DNA of 64,000 nucleotides, taken from the NCBI GenBank assembly GCA_945861965.1, contig CAMAWM010000008.1, forward strand, positions 6,353 to 70,352. Direction: 5' to 3'. Positions 37,626-49,044 of this stretch are shown piece after piece. Source of the stretch: Chitinophaga pinensis. GTDB lineage: Bacteria; Bacteroidota; Bacteroidia; UKL13-3. The notes under the pieces were generated by a model, which did no database searches, was not told the origin of the DNA, and worked only from the letters and a program-made list of their open reading frames with translations. The first letter of the stretch is position 1. The number at the start of each line of letters is the position of its first letter. The position numbers and the translations under genes are program-made.

Positions 37626-39230
37626 ATGATCAAAAACGCACATCTAAACTATTTTTTGTTGAGCATTGCTTCGGCTGTATTTTTTGCGGCAGCATGGATT
37701 CCTATTAACATAATTCCTTTGCTTTTTTTTGCTTTTGTTCCTTTGTTTTTTTTGGAAAAACGAATTCGTGAGAACGAAAAATTCAGTCGGCTTTGGATTC
37801 TCGTTTATGGATCGCTAAGTTTTTTTCTTCTCAATTATTTAACTACATATTGGATTTGGAATGCATCGCCTGGTGGTGCAATTGCCGCTTGGTTTATTGA
37901 TACATTTTTGATGCTGCTGCCGTTTTTTTTATTTCATTTAATTCAATTAAAAAGTAGCAAAGCAAATGAGTATTGGAGTTTTATCGCGCTTTGGATTTCG
38001 ATTGAATTGCTACATTTAAGATGGGAGTTTGCTTTTCCTTGGCTTACACTTGGCAATGCTTTTGCGCCATTTCCACAGCTGGTTCAATGGTATGAATACA
38101 CAGGAGTTTTTGGTGGAAGTTTTTGGGTGTTGGCAGCAAATTACAAACTGTATCAACTCATATTACTTTGGAAAGAAAAAGATAGAAGCTATAATCTTAA
38201 ACGAGTTTTCAACCTTGCTTTCGTGTTGTTTTTTCTTCCTGTTTTTCTGTCTTATTATATTACGCCTACTAAAACGGATGAAAAAACTCAGCAACAAGAG
38301 ACAAACATTGTTGTTGTTCAACCCAATTTTGATCCGTATCAAAAATTTGAAAGCATGTCGCCCATGCAACAATTGCAGCGCATTTTGCAATTAGCCGAAA
38401 CAAAATTAGACAGTCAAACACAGCTATTAATTTTTCCTGAAACGGCATTGCAAGGTGGACTTGATGAACGAAATTTAGCGTTTAATCCATTAATTGTTGA
38501 GTTGAAACATTTTCTAAAAAAACATTCGGGATTAAATATTTTGAGTGGCGCTGACACGTACAAATTTTTCGAGAAAAATGAAGTGTTAAGTAAAACAGCA
38601 AGACAATACGATTCGGAATTGTGGTATGATTCGTACAATACTGCCATACTTGTAAATGCAAACAATCCAATTCAAATATATCACAAAAGTAAATTGGTGC
38701 CCGGAGTTGAAAACATTCCGTATGCTAGCGCATTTGGGTTCTTAAAAAACTTTGTCATCGATTTGGGCGGAAGCAGTGGAAGTTTAGGAAGCGATGGCGA
38801 AGCAAAAGTTTTTATTGCAGGTTCTAAAAATACAATTGCACCTATTATTTGTTACGAGTCGGTGTTTGGTGATTTTGTAAAAGATTTTGTAAAAAAAGAT
38901 GCAGACATAATTTGCATAATAACAAACGATGCTTGGTGGGGAAATACTGCCGGCTATAAACAACATTTTGAATACTCGCGGCTGCGCGCCATAGAAACAC
39001 GTAGAAGTATAGCACGATGTGCAAATACTGGTGTTTCAGGATTTATTGACAGCGAAGGAAATGTATTGCAAAAAACTTCATGGTGGACAGAAGCGGTAAT
39101 TAAACAAAATATATCCATCATCAGCAGCAAAACGTTTTATTTAAAGTATGGCGATTGGATTGCCAGTATTGCGGTTGTTTTTGCGTTAATGAAATTATAC
39201 GAATTGATTTTCAAAAAACGCAGCCACTAA
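37626..39230 (+). CDS. lnt: Apolipoprotein N-acyltransferase
   Basis: The N-terminal polytopic membrane domain is followed by a CN-hydrolase domain (…VVQPN…FPETAL…ICYESVFGDFV…). Length about 535 aa. ATG at 37626. Confidence 0.8.
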   Translation: MIKNAHLNYFLLSIASAVFFAAAWIPINIIPLLFFAFVPLFFLEKRIRENEKFSRLWILVYGSLSFFLLNYLTTYWIWNASPGGAIAAWFIDTFLMLLPFFLFHLIQLKSSKANEYWSFIALWISIELLHLRWEFAFPWLTLGNAFAPFPQLVQWYEYTGVFGGSFWVLAANYKLYQLILLWKEKDRSYNLKRVFNLAFVLFFLPVFLSYYITPTKTDEKTQQQETNIVVVQPNFDPYQKFESMSPMQQLQRILQLAETKLDSQTQLLIFPETALQGGLDERNLAFNPLIVELKHFLKKHSGLNILSGADTYKFFEKNEVLSKTARQYDSELWYDSYNTAILVNANNPIQIYHKSKLVPGVENIPYASAFGFLKNFVIDLGGSSGSLGSDGEAKVFIAGSKNTIAPIICYESVFGDFVKDFVKKDADIICIITNDAWWGNTAGYKQHFEYSRLRAIETRRSIARCANTGVSGFIDSEGNVLQKTSWWTEAVIKQNISIISSKTFYLKYGDWIASIAVVFALMKLYELIFKKRSH

Positions 39231-39233
39231 GAT

Positions 39234-40706
39234 TTACTGCTTGCTATAATTAGGCGCTTCCTTTGTAATTCTAATATCGTGCGCATGACTTTCTTTTGCA
39301 CCAGCACTTGTGATTTTGATGAATTGTGCTTTCTGCAAATCTTTAATTGTAACTGCTCCGCAATAACCCATTCCTGCACGAAGCCCGCCCACGAACTGGT
39401 AAACAACTTCTTGCAAAGTGCCTTTGTAAGGAACAATTCCTACAATTCCTTCAGGAACTAATTTGGCAATTTCGTCTTCAGCATCTTGAAAATAGCGATC
39501 TTTGCTTCCTTCTTTCATGGCTTCAATGCTACCCATTCCGCGATAAGATTTAAATTTTCTTCCTTCGTAAATGATGGTTTCGCCAGGGCTTTCTTCCACT
39601 CCGGCAAATATACTTCCTGACATTACACAACTGGCACCAGCTGCAATGGCTTTTACAATATCTCCGCTGTATCTAATTCCACCATCGGCAATTATTGGCA
39701 CGCCTGATTTTGCAATGGCTTTTGCTGATTCGTAAATTGCCGTAAGCTGAGGTACACCAATTCCGGCAATAATTCGAGTTGTACAAATAGATCCTGGTCC
39801 AACGCCTACTTTTACGCCATCTACTCCGGCATTTACCAAAGCTTTAGCTGCTGCTCCTGTTGCCACATTTCCTGCAATTATTTCAAGGTTTGAAAAAAGT
39901 TTTTTCATTCGCTTAATCTCATTTAATACCCCTCGTGAATGTCCGTGAGCAGTATCAATTATTATTACATCTACCTCGGCTTTTATTAGTGATGAAATTC
40001 TTTCTTCTGTATCGGCAGTAACTCCAACTGCTGCACCAACCATTAATCGTCCGTGCTTGTCTTTACAGGCATTTGGATTTGCTTTTATTTTTAAAATGTC
40101 TTTGTAAGTGATTAATCCTTTTAATATTCCTTTTTTATCAACTACTGGAAGTTTTTCGATTTTGTATTTCTGCAAAATAGATTCTGCTTGTTTCAGACTG
40201 GTTCCTTCGGGTACAGTAATTAAATTTTCTTTGGTCATTACATCAAACACTTTTTTATTCATGTTTTTTTCAAAACGCAAATCGCGGTTGGTTAATATTC
40301 CAACTAGTTTTCCTGTTTGATTGGTAATGGGTATGCCTCCAATTTTATGTTCAGACATTAAGCGATGCGCATCGCGAAGTGTTGAGGTTTCGTCTAATGT
40401 CAAAGGATCTAAAATCATTCCGCTTTCACTGCGTTTTACTTTACGCATTTCATCACATTGTCTTGCAATGCTCATATTTTTGTGCAAAATACCAAGACCA
40501 CCTTCTTGTGCCAACGCAATAGCAAGTTTGCTTTCGGTAACCGTATCCATGGCTGCCGACAAAATGGGAATGTTGATGGTGATGTTGCGAGTTAATTGTG
40601 TTGAAGTCTTTACATCGCGTGGCAAAACTTCAGAATAGGCTGGCAGAACTAAAACGTCATCGTAAGTAAGTCCTTCGCCAAAAAATTTAGTGCTTAATTT
40701 AGGCAT
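39234..40706 (-). CDS. guaB: IMP dehydrogenase
   Basis: [15 protein letters not shown]. The CBS pair is present. [10 protein letters not shown]...[10 protein letters not shown] is the catalytic Cys loop region. 490 aa. Confidence 0.9.
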   Translation of the reverse strand: MPKLSTKFFGEGLTYDDVLVLPAYSEVLPRDVKTSTQLTRNITINIPILSAAMDTVTESKLAIALAQEGGLGILHKNMSIARQCDEMRKVKRSESGMILDPLTLDETSTLRDAHRLMSEHKIGGIPITNQTGKLVGILTNRDLRFEKNMNKKVFDVMTKENLITVPEGTSLKQAESILQKYKIEKLPVVDKKGILKGLITYKDILKIKANPNACKDKHGRLMVGAAVGVTADTEERISSLIKAEVDVIIIDTAHGHSRGVLNEIKRMKKLFSNLEIIAGNVATGAAAKALVNAGVDGVKVGVGPGSICTTRIIAGIGVPQLTAIYESAKAIAKSGVPIIADGGIRYSGDIVKAIAAGASCVMSGSIFAGVEESPGETIIYEGRKFKSYRGMGSIEAMKEGSKDRYFQDAEDEIAKLVPEGIVGIVPYKGTLQEVVYQFVGGLRAGMGYCGAVTIKDLQKAQFIKITSAGAKESHAHDIRITKEAPNYSKQ

Positions 40707-40803
40707 AGCAAATAATTTTAACTTTTATTATTTGCCGCGCAAAAGTAGCAATATTTCTGAAAGAACAACTAATCATGCAAAATTAAACCACAGAAAACAA
40801 AGT

Positions 40804-43104
40804 TTAGTGCGATAATTTCTCAGCATTTTTTCGCCATAATTCTGCCGAATTTTTATCTCCTAATTTGCTATAACAATACGAAATTCCAAGGTGACAATTT
40901 TTATTGTTCGGATCAATAGCAATTGCTTTTTGGTAGTAACTAATCGACTCATTGTATTTTTCTTGCAAAGTTGAAAGGTACCCTAAATTGATATAACATT
41001 CGATGTAATCGGATTTCAATTTAATTGCTTTTAAAAAAGTTGTAGTTGATTCGTTGTATTTTTTTTGCTGCAAGAAACAATAAGCCAAATTGTAAAATGC
41101 CTGTGGCAAATCTGGTTTCAATTCAGTTCCTTTTAGCAATGCCTTTTCTGCATTTGAAAAATCATTTAATCCAACATAAGCATTACCTAAATTAATCCAA
41201 GCTTCGCCATAATGCTCGTTGATAGCAATTGCTTTTTTAAATTGTTCAATTGCTTTTTTGCTTTCTTTTTTTCCTGAATAAGCGGATCCCAAAGTCATAA
41301 TTGCTTCAACAGATTTTGGATTTAATGTTATTGCTTTCTGGCAATTTTCAATGGCATCATCAAACATACCAATTGCATTATACGCTACAGAAATACCAGT
41401 GAATGCATCGGGCGGAACGTTTTCTCCAGCTATTACTTTTTTGTATTGTGCTATTGCTTCCTGATAATTTCCTTTGGCTAAAAGTGCATTTCCTGCATTA
41501 AAAAACAACAATCCTTGTCCTTGTTTTTCTGAATTTATTGTTCCCAACAATTGCATCTCTTTGTCGTAATCGCCAAGCTCGTGATAAACATTGGCTAAGT
41601 TTATTGTCGCTTCTGGATATTGAGGATAAATATCAAGTGTGGTGTTAAATTCTGAAAGCGCCTGTTGAAGTATTTTTGCTTTTTTTTCTGCATTGATTTC
41701 TACTTGTGACATTCGCCATAAACTTGTTCCTAAATTGTAATGCGCTCGGCAACTTTTTTTTGCATTTTTTATGTCGCGACTGAAGAGCGTATAATTATCT
41801 TTCCAATCTGTATTGCGTGAAATTGTTTTGCCACTATAAAATAAAACAATCAATAGAATTGGAATATAAAAAAGCGGCTTGTTAAATACTAAAGCTGAGT
41901 GGCTGTTTTCTTTGATTTTGCTAATCCAAAATATACCATAAACCAAAGCTATACAAAAACCTAATGACGGAACAAATAGCAATCGCTCAGCCATTGTTAC
42001 ACCAATTGGTATAAAAATATTTGATACAATGGAAATGCTAACAAAGAAAATAAGTACGCCCAAAGCAATCTTGTTTTTTGTTTTAATTTTTGTCATACAT
42101 AACGAAAAAATCAATAGTAAAACAAGGAACGAAATGACATTTTGAAAATTGTCGAAACCCGCAACTGATATTCGATTAAATGAATAATCGTGAACAAGAG
42201 GATGAGGGAAAAACAGTAATTTAATATACCGTCCCAATACACCAAAAGCAGTCGCAATTCGCACACTAAAATCTTCGTTAAATAAAACATTATCTACCGG
42301 AGAAATTTTATTTTGTACAGAAGCAAAAACACCCAATGCAAAATACCGTGAAGCTAAATATGCAATAACACTTGCCAATAAAATAAAAAAAATAGGTTTG
42401 ATTTTTTGGATTGGAAAATCTAAAAAAAAGTAAAGTAATAAAGGAATAATTATAGCAAAAGTAATTGCACTTTCTTTACAAAAACAGGCAAACAAAAAAG
42501 TTGACGAAGAAAGTAGAAGCAAACTTAGTTTACTCTTTTTAATATAAAGCAAACAAGTCCATGCAGAAATAATTACAAATAGTAACGACAGAATTTCATC
42601 GCGACTTTTGATGTTTGCAACCACCTCGGTATGCAATGGATGCGCGGCAAACAACAAACTAATTGCAAATGCCGGAAGAAATTGTTTTCCTGTAAGCGCG
42701 AAAAAAAAATTAAAAAGTAGCGCGATACAAATACAATACAACAAAACATTTATCCAATGAAAATGGGATGCATCATTTCCTAAAAAATCTTTTTCGATTG
42801 CAAAAAGTATCATGGTTAATGGCCTCCAGGTTTCTTTGTTTACGCCATCTAAACCATAAAATAATGTTGTTTTTACTAATGTAGGAATAGCACTTATGCC
42901 TTGTTGAACTAATTTATTTTCTGTTATAACTCCAGCATCATCTAGCGCAAATTTGTGATTTAGCGTGTTGGCATATAACAAAAATGTGAAAACGAAAAGT
43001 ATGCAAGTAAACCACCGAATATTAATTTTAGAAGTTGGAATTTCTTCCTCTTTTAAAACGATAGATTCTGCTTGTTTTTTGGCGAGTGAATTTTTTCTTT
43101 TCAA
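40804..43104 (-). CDS. Polytopic membrane protein with C-terminal tetratricopeptide repeats (Tmtc/PMT-like DUF1736-type architecture)
   Basis: The N-terminal about 430 aa contain at least 10 hydrophobic helices. The C-terminal about 330 aa are tandem TPR units (…AYNAIGMFDDAIENCQKAITLNP…). TTG start. Confidence 0.7.
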   Translation of the reverse strand: MKRKNSLAKKQAESIVLKEEEIPTSKINIRWFTCILFVFTFLLYANTLNHKFALDDAGVITENKLVQQGISAIPTLVKTTLFYGLDGVNKETWRPLTMILFAIEKDFLGNDASHFHWINVLLYCICIALLFNFFFALTGKQFLPAFAISLLFAAHPLHTEVVANIKSRDEILSLLFVIISAWTCLLYIKKSKLSLLLLSSSTFLFACFCKESAITFAIIIPLLLYFFLDFPIQKIKPIFFILLASVIAYLASRYFALGVFASVQNKISPVDNVLFNEDFSVRIATAFGVLGRYIKLLFFPHPLVHDYSFNRISVAGFDNFQNVISFLVLLLIFSLCMTKIKTKNKIALGVLIFFVSISIVSNIFIPIGVTMAERLLFVPSLGFCIALVYGIFWISKIKENSHSALVFNKPLFYIPILLIVLFYSGKTISRNTDWKDNYTLFSRDIKNAKKSCRAHYNLGTSLWRMSQVEINAEKKAKILQQALSEFNTTLDIYPQYPEATINLANVYHELGDYDKEMQLLGTINSEKQGQGLLFFNAGNALLAKGNYQEAIAQYKKVIAGENVPPDAFTGISVAYNAIGMFDDAIENCQKAITLNPKSVEAIMTLGSAYSGKKESKKAIEQFKKAIAINEHYGEAWINLGNAYVGLNDFSNAEKALLKGTELKPDLPQAFYNLAYCFLQQKKYNESTTTFLKAIKLKSDYIECYINLGYLSTLQEKYNESISYYQKAIAIDPNNKNCHLGISYCYSKLGDKNSAELWRKNAEKLSH

Positions 43105-43145
43105 TGTAAGAATATAAAATTATGATTTGTTTTTTGAATTTAAAT

Positions 43146-44417
43146 TTAAGATTTTAGCATTGGAGTTTTCCATGTAAAATAAATCTTTGTTCCGTTGTTT
43201 TCTTCTGAATCTAAGCACATTTTTTCTCCATTTTCTTCAATTGTTTTTTTGGTTAAATACAGCCCGCTTTTTTCTCCGTTTACGGTTTTGTTTTTTGGTT
43301 CAATTGCATCCAAAAATTTGTTTTTTATTTCTTGAGAAATTCCTGGACCGTTATCTGAAACACAAAAAATGTAGTTTTGATTTTCGGTTTTGTAAGTAAT
43401 GTTTAATTCTGCTTTTGGGTTTTGGTTGTAACGAATGGAATTGCAAATTAATTCTGTAAAAATATCTGTAATCTCTTTGTAGTTGGCCATTATTTGTGGC
43501 AAAGTATCATCGTGATAAATTGAAAAATTCTTCATTGGAGCTATTTTTTTTAGCACATCTATAACTATTTGTTTCGTGCTTACAAGTTCTTTTATATTGT
43601 TTGAATTTGAAGAAGCATTGTATTTTATAATTGAACCAATTAAAAACTCGATTTGTTGAATTCTGCTTTGCAACATCGAATACTGTTTTTTGTTTTCGAT
43701 ACTTTTTGCTTCAGACATTTCTTTTGAAATCCATGCTGAAATTTGTTGTATTGAATGCAAAGGGTCTTTTATATCTGAAGTTGAAACTTGATTTGTGTTT
43801 GATGGTATTGTAATTTGTTTTTTTAGGTTTTGAATTTGCAGTTCCAATTCACGCAATTTATTTTCTTCTACTGTTTTTGTATTCAATAAATTGTTTCGCA
43901 TTTCTAATAGCGCTTTTCCTAATTTATCTTTTTTACTTTGTTGAGCTATTTCTAACTCAAAATTTCCAGAACTCATCGTTTTTATTGCTTCAGACTTAAG
44001 TTTTATGCCTTTCACAATGTTTTGAATCGATTGTATTATCTCGCTTATTTCATCGTTGCTTTTATTGCTTATAGGTACATTTACAATTTCGCCTTTGCTA
44101 ACTAAATTTAGTATTTCGTTAATGTTTTTTATCGGTTTTATAATTGTTTTTCGAAGCATGAAAAACGCAAACAAGCTTGTAATCAAAACTAAAATATACA
44201 ACACAAACAATACCAAGATTAAAGTGTTGTAAGCAATCAATTCTTGAATGTTTAGAAGTGTTAAACTGTCAATAAACACAAGTGCAGTATTTGGATTGTT
44301 GATTTGAAAAACCAACAAAGTTAGTAAGCCAATTAATACAATTAAGGATATTGGAAAAACGTATAAAAAAGAAAAGCGAGATTCTATTTTCAATTTATTT
44401 AAGTTGAAACCAAACAT
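43146..44417 (-). CDS. Sensor histidine kinase (two TM helices, HAMP-like linker, HisKA and HATPase_c)
   Basis: H-box region (...IAPMKNFSIYHDD...?) and the HATPase G-box FCVSDNGPGISQEIKNKF. Two N-terminal hydrophobic helices. No response regulator lies in the window. Confidence 0.75.
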   Translation of the reverse strand: MFGFNLNKLKIESRFSFLYVFPISLIVLIGLLTLLVFQINNPNTALVFIDSLTLLNIQELIAYNTLILVLFVLYILVLITSLFAFFMLRKTIIKPIKNINEILNLVSKGEIVNVPISNKSNDEISEIIQSIQNIVKGIKLKSEAIKTMSSGNFELEIAQQSKKDKLGKALLEMRNNLLNTKTVEENKLRELELQIQNLKKQITIPSNTNQVSTSDIKDPLHSIQQISAWISKEMSEAKSIENKKQYSMLQSRIQQIEFLIGSIIKYNASSNSNNIKELVSTKQIVIDVLKKIAPMKNFSIYHDDTLPQIMANYKEITDIFTELICNSIRYNQNPKAELNITYKTENQNYIFCVSDNGPGISQEIKNKFLDAIEPKNKTVNGEKSGLYLTKKTIEENGEKMCLDSEENNGTKIYFTWKTPMLKS

Positions 44418-44572
44418 TGTAAATTATTTTGTAAGTGCTAAAAAACTGTTTACTGATTCACCACAAATCTATTTAATTTTTGTAATCTACAATTTGTAAA
44501 AAGCATGAAATTAAAAAGAGATTAAGCGATTTAATAATTTCAAATTGTAATTAATTGTCCGCAATTAAATTT

Positions 44573-45475
44573 TTAATGTTGACTGAAATTAATTTCATTT
44601 TTGCAAACACTAAGCTTTGCATTTTCGCCTAGTTTTATCGCCATGTTTGTTTTCTCATGTCCGGCCGGAAAGCCATAAAAAAAGGGAAAGTTGTAATCAG
44701 ATACGTTTTCTGAAATTATTTCGTAGCAGGTTTTATTAAATTCAAAAGGCGATTTATTGTCATTCATATCGTTCATTCCCCCAACAAGCAAAGCGCGTAA
44801 TTTTTTTAATTTTCCAGCTCGCTTCAACACTTGCATCATTCTATCTATATGATAATAATACTCGCCAACATCTTCAATAAATAAAATTTTATCGTCAAAA
44901 TTCATTTCGCTTTTACTTCCCATCAAACTGCACAACACAGAAAGGTTTCCGCCAATCAAAATACCTTCAACATCCATGTTTCTGTTCAATGTATTTGCTG
45001 AAAAGGTGTAATTAATTTCATTGCCAAACAATGCTTTTTTCAACGATTCGATGCTGGCTTCGTCTTTCAAATCGCCTTGCATTGTAATTGGCATACAAGC
45101 ATGAATTCCTGAAACAGTATAATTTGAATATATGTGCGAAAACAAAGCGGTAACATCACTGAAACCAACTATCCATTTTGGGTTTCGGATAAATTTTGTA
45201 AAATCTAATTTATCCAAAATTCGGACAGTTCCATATCCTCCTCTTGCGCAAAAAATTGCTTTTATTTTTTCGTCATCAAGTAAAATTTGTAATGCTTCAA
45301 TTCGCTGCTCATCAGTTCCGGCAAATGAATTTGAGACACTAAAAATAGAATTGCTTTTTACAACGTTTAATCCCCAACTTGTAAATAATTGAATTGCAGG
45401 ATTCAATTGCTCTTCACTGATATGCCTAGCGGTGGCAGCAATTGCAATTGTATCTCCTGATTTTAGGTAAGTCAA
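44573..45475 (-). CDS. LD-carboxypeptidase (peptidase S66 family)
   Basis: GDTIAIAATARHIS and WIVGFSDVTALF (Ser nucleophile motif) are S66 LdcA/MccF-like. TTG start. Confidence 0.75.
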   Translation of the reverse strand: MTYLKSGDTIAIAATARHISEEQLNPAIQLFTSWGLNVVKSNSIFSVSNSFAGTDEQRIEALQILLDDEKIKAIFCARGGYGTVRILDKLDFTKFIRNPKWIVGFSDVTALFSHIYSNYTVSGIHACMPITMQGDLKDEASIESLKKALFGNEINYTFSANTLNRNMDVEGILIGGNLSVLCSLMGSKSEMNFDDKILFIEDVGEYYYHIDRMMQVLKRAGKLKKLRALLVGGMNDMNDNKSPFEFNKTCYEIISENVSDYNFPFFYGFPAGHEKTNMAIKLGENAKLSVCKNEINFSQH

Positions 45476-45502
45476 TGGATTTATTTTTAGAGATAAAATT
45501 TA

Positions 45503-46600
45503 TTAAGTAAATTTCTCATTAAATTTTATTTTTAAATCAGTCGAGATTTGTTTCACTTCTTGCTCTTTACTTTTATCGCAAATAAGCAAAACATCTTGCG
45601 TGTCAACAATGATTAAATCTTTAACTCCTTTTACGGCAATTATTTTGTTATTGCTTCGGTTTGAATTGCTGATAAGACAACCCTCTGCATCGTAAGTAAA
45701 AATATTATTTCCTTTAATTGCGTTTTCATTTGCATCGTGATTTGAGTTTTCATAAAGTGAAGTCCAAGTTCCCAAATCACTCCATCCAAAATCTCCTTGA
45801 ATTACAAATACATTTTCAGCCTTTTCCATAATTCCATAGTCAATTGAAATGGAACGGCATTGCTCAAAGAAATTTCTGATAAGTATAGTTTCGTCTTTTG
45901 TAAAAAGACTTTGAGCTGCGGTTTCAAACAATTCGTACTGCTCGGGCAAATGTTTTTTGAATGCTTTTTTAATTGATGAAACACTCCAAATAAAAATACC
46001 GGCATTCCATAAAAAATCACCGCTTTCAATAAATGATTCTGCTATTTCTATGGTAGGTTTTTCGGTAAAAGTTTTAACTCTGAAAATTCCATTTTCAGAT
46101 TCGTTCTCAAGATACTGAATGTAACCATAACCCGTATCAGCCCTTCTTGGTTTTATACCTAGCGTAATCAACGAGTGATTTTTTTTGGCAAAGTCTATTC
46201 CAAGCTCCACATAGTCCAAAAATTTATTTTCGTCCAGTATTAAATGATCGCTTGGCGCCACCACACAAACTGCGTGCGTATTTATTTTATGAATTTTTGC
46301 ACTTGCATAGGCAATACATGCAGCAGTGTTTTTTGCAGTTGGTTCGCCCAATATGCGGTCTTCGGGCATATGCGGCAATTGTTCTTTTACTAAATGAATG
46401 TATGCTGCATTGGTAACAATAAAAATGTTTTCAGGAAAAAATGATTTCGAAAAACGTTCGTACGTTTGTTGTAACAAAGACTTTCCAGTACCAAGTATAT
46501 CGAGAAATTGTTTTGGATAATTGCTTCTACTAGCTGGCCAAAATCTGCTGCCTACACCTCCAGCCATTATTACGGCATAATAGTTTTTGTTTTTCTCCAT
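45503..46600 (-). CDS. Mannose-1-phosphate guanylyltransferase (sugar-phosphate nucleotidyltransferase)
   Basis: YAVIMAGGVGSRFWPASRSNYPKQF is the NTP-transferase G-rich loop. About 365 aa, as in ManC/GMP. Confidence 0.8.
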   Translation of the reverse strand: MEKNKNYYAVIMAGGVGSRFWPASRSNYPKQFLDILGTGKSLLQQTYERFSKSFFPENIFIVTNAAYIHLVKEQLPHMPEDRILGEPTAKNTAACIAYASAKIHKINTHAVCVVAPSDHLILDENKFLDYVELGIDFAKKNHSLITLGIKPRRADTGYGYIQYLENESENGIFRVKTFTEKPTIEIAESFIESGDFLWNAGIFIWSVSSIKKAFKKHLPEQYELFETAAQSLFTKDETILIRNFFEQCRSISIDYGIMEKAENVFVIQGDFGWSDLGTWTSLYENSNHDANENAIKGNNIFTYDAEGCLISNSNRSNNKIIAVKGVKDLIIVDTQDVLLICDKSKEQEVKQISTDLKIKFNEKFT

Positions 46601-46782
46601 TAGCTGCGCAAAGTTAAGGATTATTCGTAATCCGCTTACTACTTATTAAATTTCTAAAAAATTAACATTTTATAAGAGATAAATAGCTTATTTACAGCGA
46701 TTAAATAATTTTAATCAATTATTTTCTAAAAGCAAATAAAAAGGCTACATTGGCATCCTATTTTTACAAATAGTTTAGACAA

Positions 46783-49038
46783 ATGAAGGAAGCGAAAAGT
46801 GCAAAAGCCAATAGCGTTAAGAGTACTACAATACTACCCGAAGCAAGCAATCAAACAAACTCAGAGCTAGATTTAAAAGCAGCTTTACATGAATATTTTG
46901 GTTTTGATAGTTTTAAAGGCGAACAGGAATTAATAATCCAAAATCTGTTTTTGGGCAACGATACTTTTGTAATTATGCCAACTGGTGGTGGAAAGTCTTT
47001 GTGTTATCAACTACCTGCTTTAATAATGAAAGGAACAGCCATTATTATTTCGCCATTGATAGCTTTAATGAAAAATCAAGTAGATCAAATTAGGGCACTT
47101 GGAAGCGAACATGTTGCACATTTCTTAAACTCTTCTCTTAATAAAACAGAAATTAGCATTGTTAAAAGAGATATAAGTTTGGGCTTAACCAAAATGCTAT
47201 ACATAGCGCCCGAAACATTAAAGAAAGAAGAAACCATTGATTTTTTAAAATCCATAAGCATATCTTTTGTAGCAGTTGATGAAGCGCATTGTATTTCGGA
47301 ATGGGGGCATGATTTCAGACCAGAGTATCGCAGAATTAAAGCAATGATTAAAGAAATCAAAGATGTGCCAATGATGGCTTTGACAGCTACTGCAACACCA
47401 AAAGTTCAAGCCGATATTCAGAAAAACTTGCAGATGGGCGATGCGGTGGTTTTCAAATCGTCTTTCAATCGCTCAAATCTGTATTACGAAATAAGGTCAA
47501 AAGGAAAAAAGGGCGATGCCATTAAAGAAATTGTATCGTACATAAAAGGGCGAACACATAAATCGGGAATAATTTATTGTCTGAGCAGAAAAAAAGTTGA
47601 AGAGATAGCCGGAATATTGCAAGCAAATGGAATCAAAGCATTGCCATATCATGCTGGACTAGAAGCGAAAATGCGTGCCAATCATCAGGATAGATTTTTG
47701 ATGGAAGAATCAGATGTAATTGTCGCAACAATTGCATTTGGAATGGGCATTGACAAACCAGATGTACGATTTGTAATTCATTACGATATTCCAAAAAGTA
47801 TTGAAGGATATTATCAAGAAACGGGTAGAGCTGGCCGAGATGGGTTGCAAGGTGATTGTTTATTGTTTTACAATCCGGCTGATATTGAAAAATTAGAAAA
47901 ATTTTTAAAAGACAAACCTGTTGCCGAACGCGAAATTGGTGAATTATTGATTTTTGAATCGCAAGCTTTTGCTGAAACTTCGGCCTGTAGAAGAAAGTTT
48001 TTACTTAACTATTTTGGCGAAGAGTTTGACGAAAAACTTTGTAAAGGAATGTGCGATAATCATCGCCACCCGAAAGCAAAACAAGATGCAAGCGATGCAG
48101 CAGTTTTGGTTTTAAAAACAATTAATGCAGTAAAAGGGAAACATGTTCTTAAAAATATTGTAGAAATTATAATTGGAAATAAATCACATGATATCGCATT
48201 AAGTGGGCATCATACACTTAGTGTTTTTGGAAAAGGAAAAGACAAAGATGAAAATTTTTGGAAGTCGGTTATCAGGTTGCTTTTACTAAATGGATATATT
48301 TCAAAAAATATAGAAACCTATGGCTTGTTGAGTGTGAATGAAAAAGGCGAAGGATTTATAAACAACCCAGAAAAGTTTGAAGTAGCGCTTGATAGCAAGT
48401 ACGAAAAACACTTGTACGATGACGATGATGTGCAAGCGGAAGCTGTTTATGACGAAGAGATGTTTAGCATGCTGAAGGATCTTTGTAGAAAAGAAGCAAA
48501 GATAAAAAACCTTCCGCCTTACATTATTTTTCAGGAAACATCGCTGCAAGAAATGGCCTTCAAGTATCCGATAACAATGGAAGAAATGACCAAAATTACC
48601 GGTGTCAGCATTGCAAAGGCAATGAAATATGCAAAGCCTTTCATTGAAATGATTGATAAATATGTGAAGGAAAATGAAATAGAAAGACCTGAAGATGTAG
48701 TTATAAAATCGGTAATAAATAAATCGGCTAAAAAGATTTCAATCATTACAAATATTGATAAAAAAGTTGGTCTTGATGATATTGCTCGCGGTCAGAATAT
48801 GAGTCGTGAAGAATTGTTAAATGAAATTGAAAACATAGTTTATTCGGGCACCAAACTTAGCTTGAAAAAATATGCGCACGATATTACAGATGACGAACAT
48901 TTGAAATATGTAATGGATTTTTTCCGCGAAACACACGACAATGTTTTGGAAGAAGCAATTACTGAATTTGGCGAGGAATTTAGCAAAGACGATTTGCGAT
49001 TAATGCAAATACATTTTGTAAGTGAAATGGCAAATTAA
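46783..49038 (+). CDS. recQ: ATP-dependent DNA helicase RecQ
   Basis: [15 protein letters not shown] (motif I), [18 protein letters not shown] (DEAH), the RQC Zn-binding cysteines ([14 protein letters not shown]) and a C-terminal HRDC domain. Confidence 0.9.
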   Translation: MKEAKSAKANSVKSTTILPEASNQTNSELDLKAALHEYFGFDSFKGEQELIIQNLFLGNDTFVIMPTGGGKSLCYQLPALIMKGTAIIISPLIALMKNQVDQIRALGSEHVAHFLNSSLNKTEISIVKRDISLGLTKMLYIAPETLKKEETIDFLKSISISFVAVDEAHCISEWGHDFRPEYRRIKAMIKEIKDVPMMALTATATPKVQADIQKNLQMGDAVVFKSSFNRSNLYYEIRSKGKKGDAIKEIVSYIKGRTHKSGIIYCLSRKKVEEIAGILQANGIKALPYHAGLEAKMRANHQDRFLMEESDVIVATIAFGMGIDKPDVRFVIHYDIPKSIEGYYQETGRAGRDGLQGDCLLFYNPADIEKLEKFLKDKPVAEREIGELLIFESQAFAETSACRRKFLLNYFGEEFDEKLCKGMCDNHRHPKAKQDASDAAVLVLKTINAVKGKHVLKNIVEIIIGNKSHDIALSGHHTLSVFGKGKDKDENFWKSVIRLLLLNGYISKNIETYGLLSVNEKGEGFINNPEKFEVALDSKYEKHLYDDDDVQAEAVYDEEMFSMLKDLCRKEAKIKNLPPYIIFQETSLQEMAFKYPITMEEMTKITGVSIAKAMKYAKPFIEMIDKYVKENEIERPEDVVIKSVINKSAKKISIITNIDKKVGLDDIARGQNMSREELLNEIENIVYSGTKLSLKKYAHDITDDEHLKYVMDFFRETHDNVLEEAITEFGEEFSKDDLRLMQIHFVSEMAN

Positions 49039-49044
49039 AACCAA

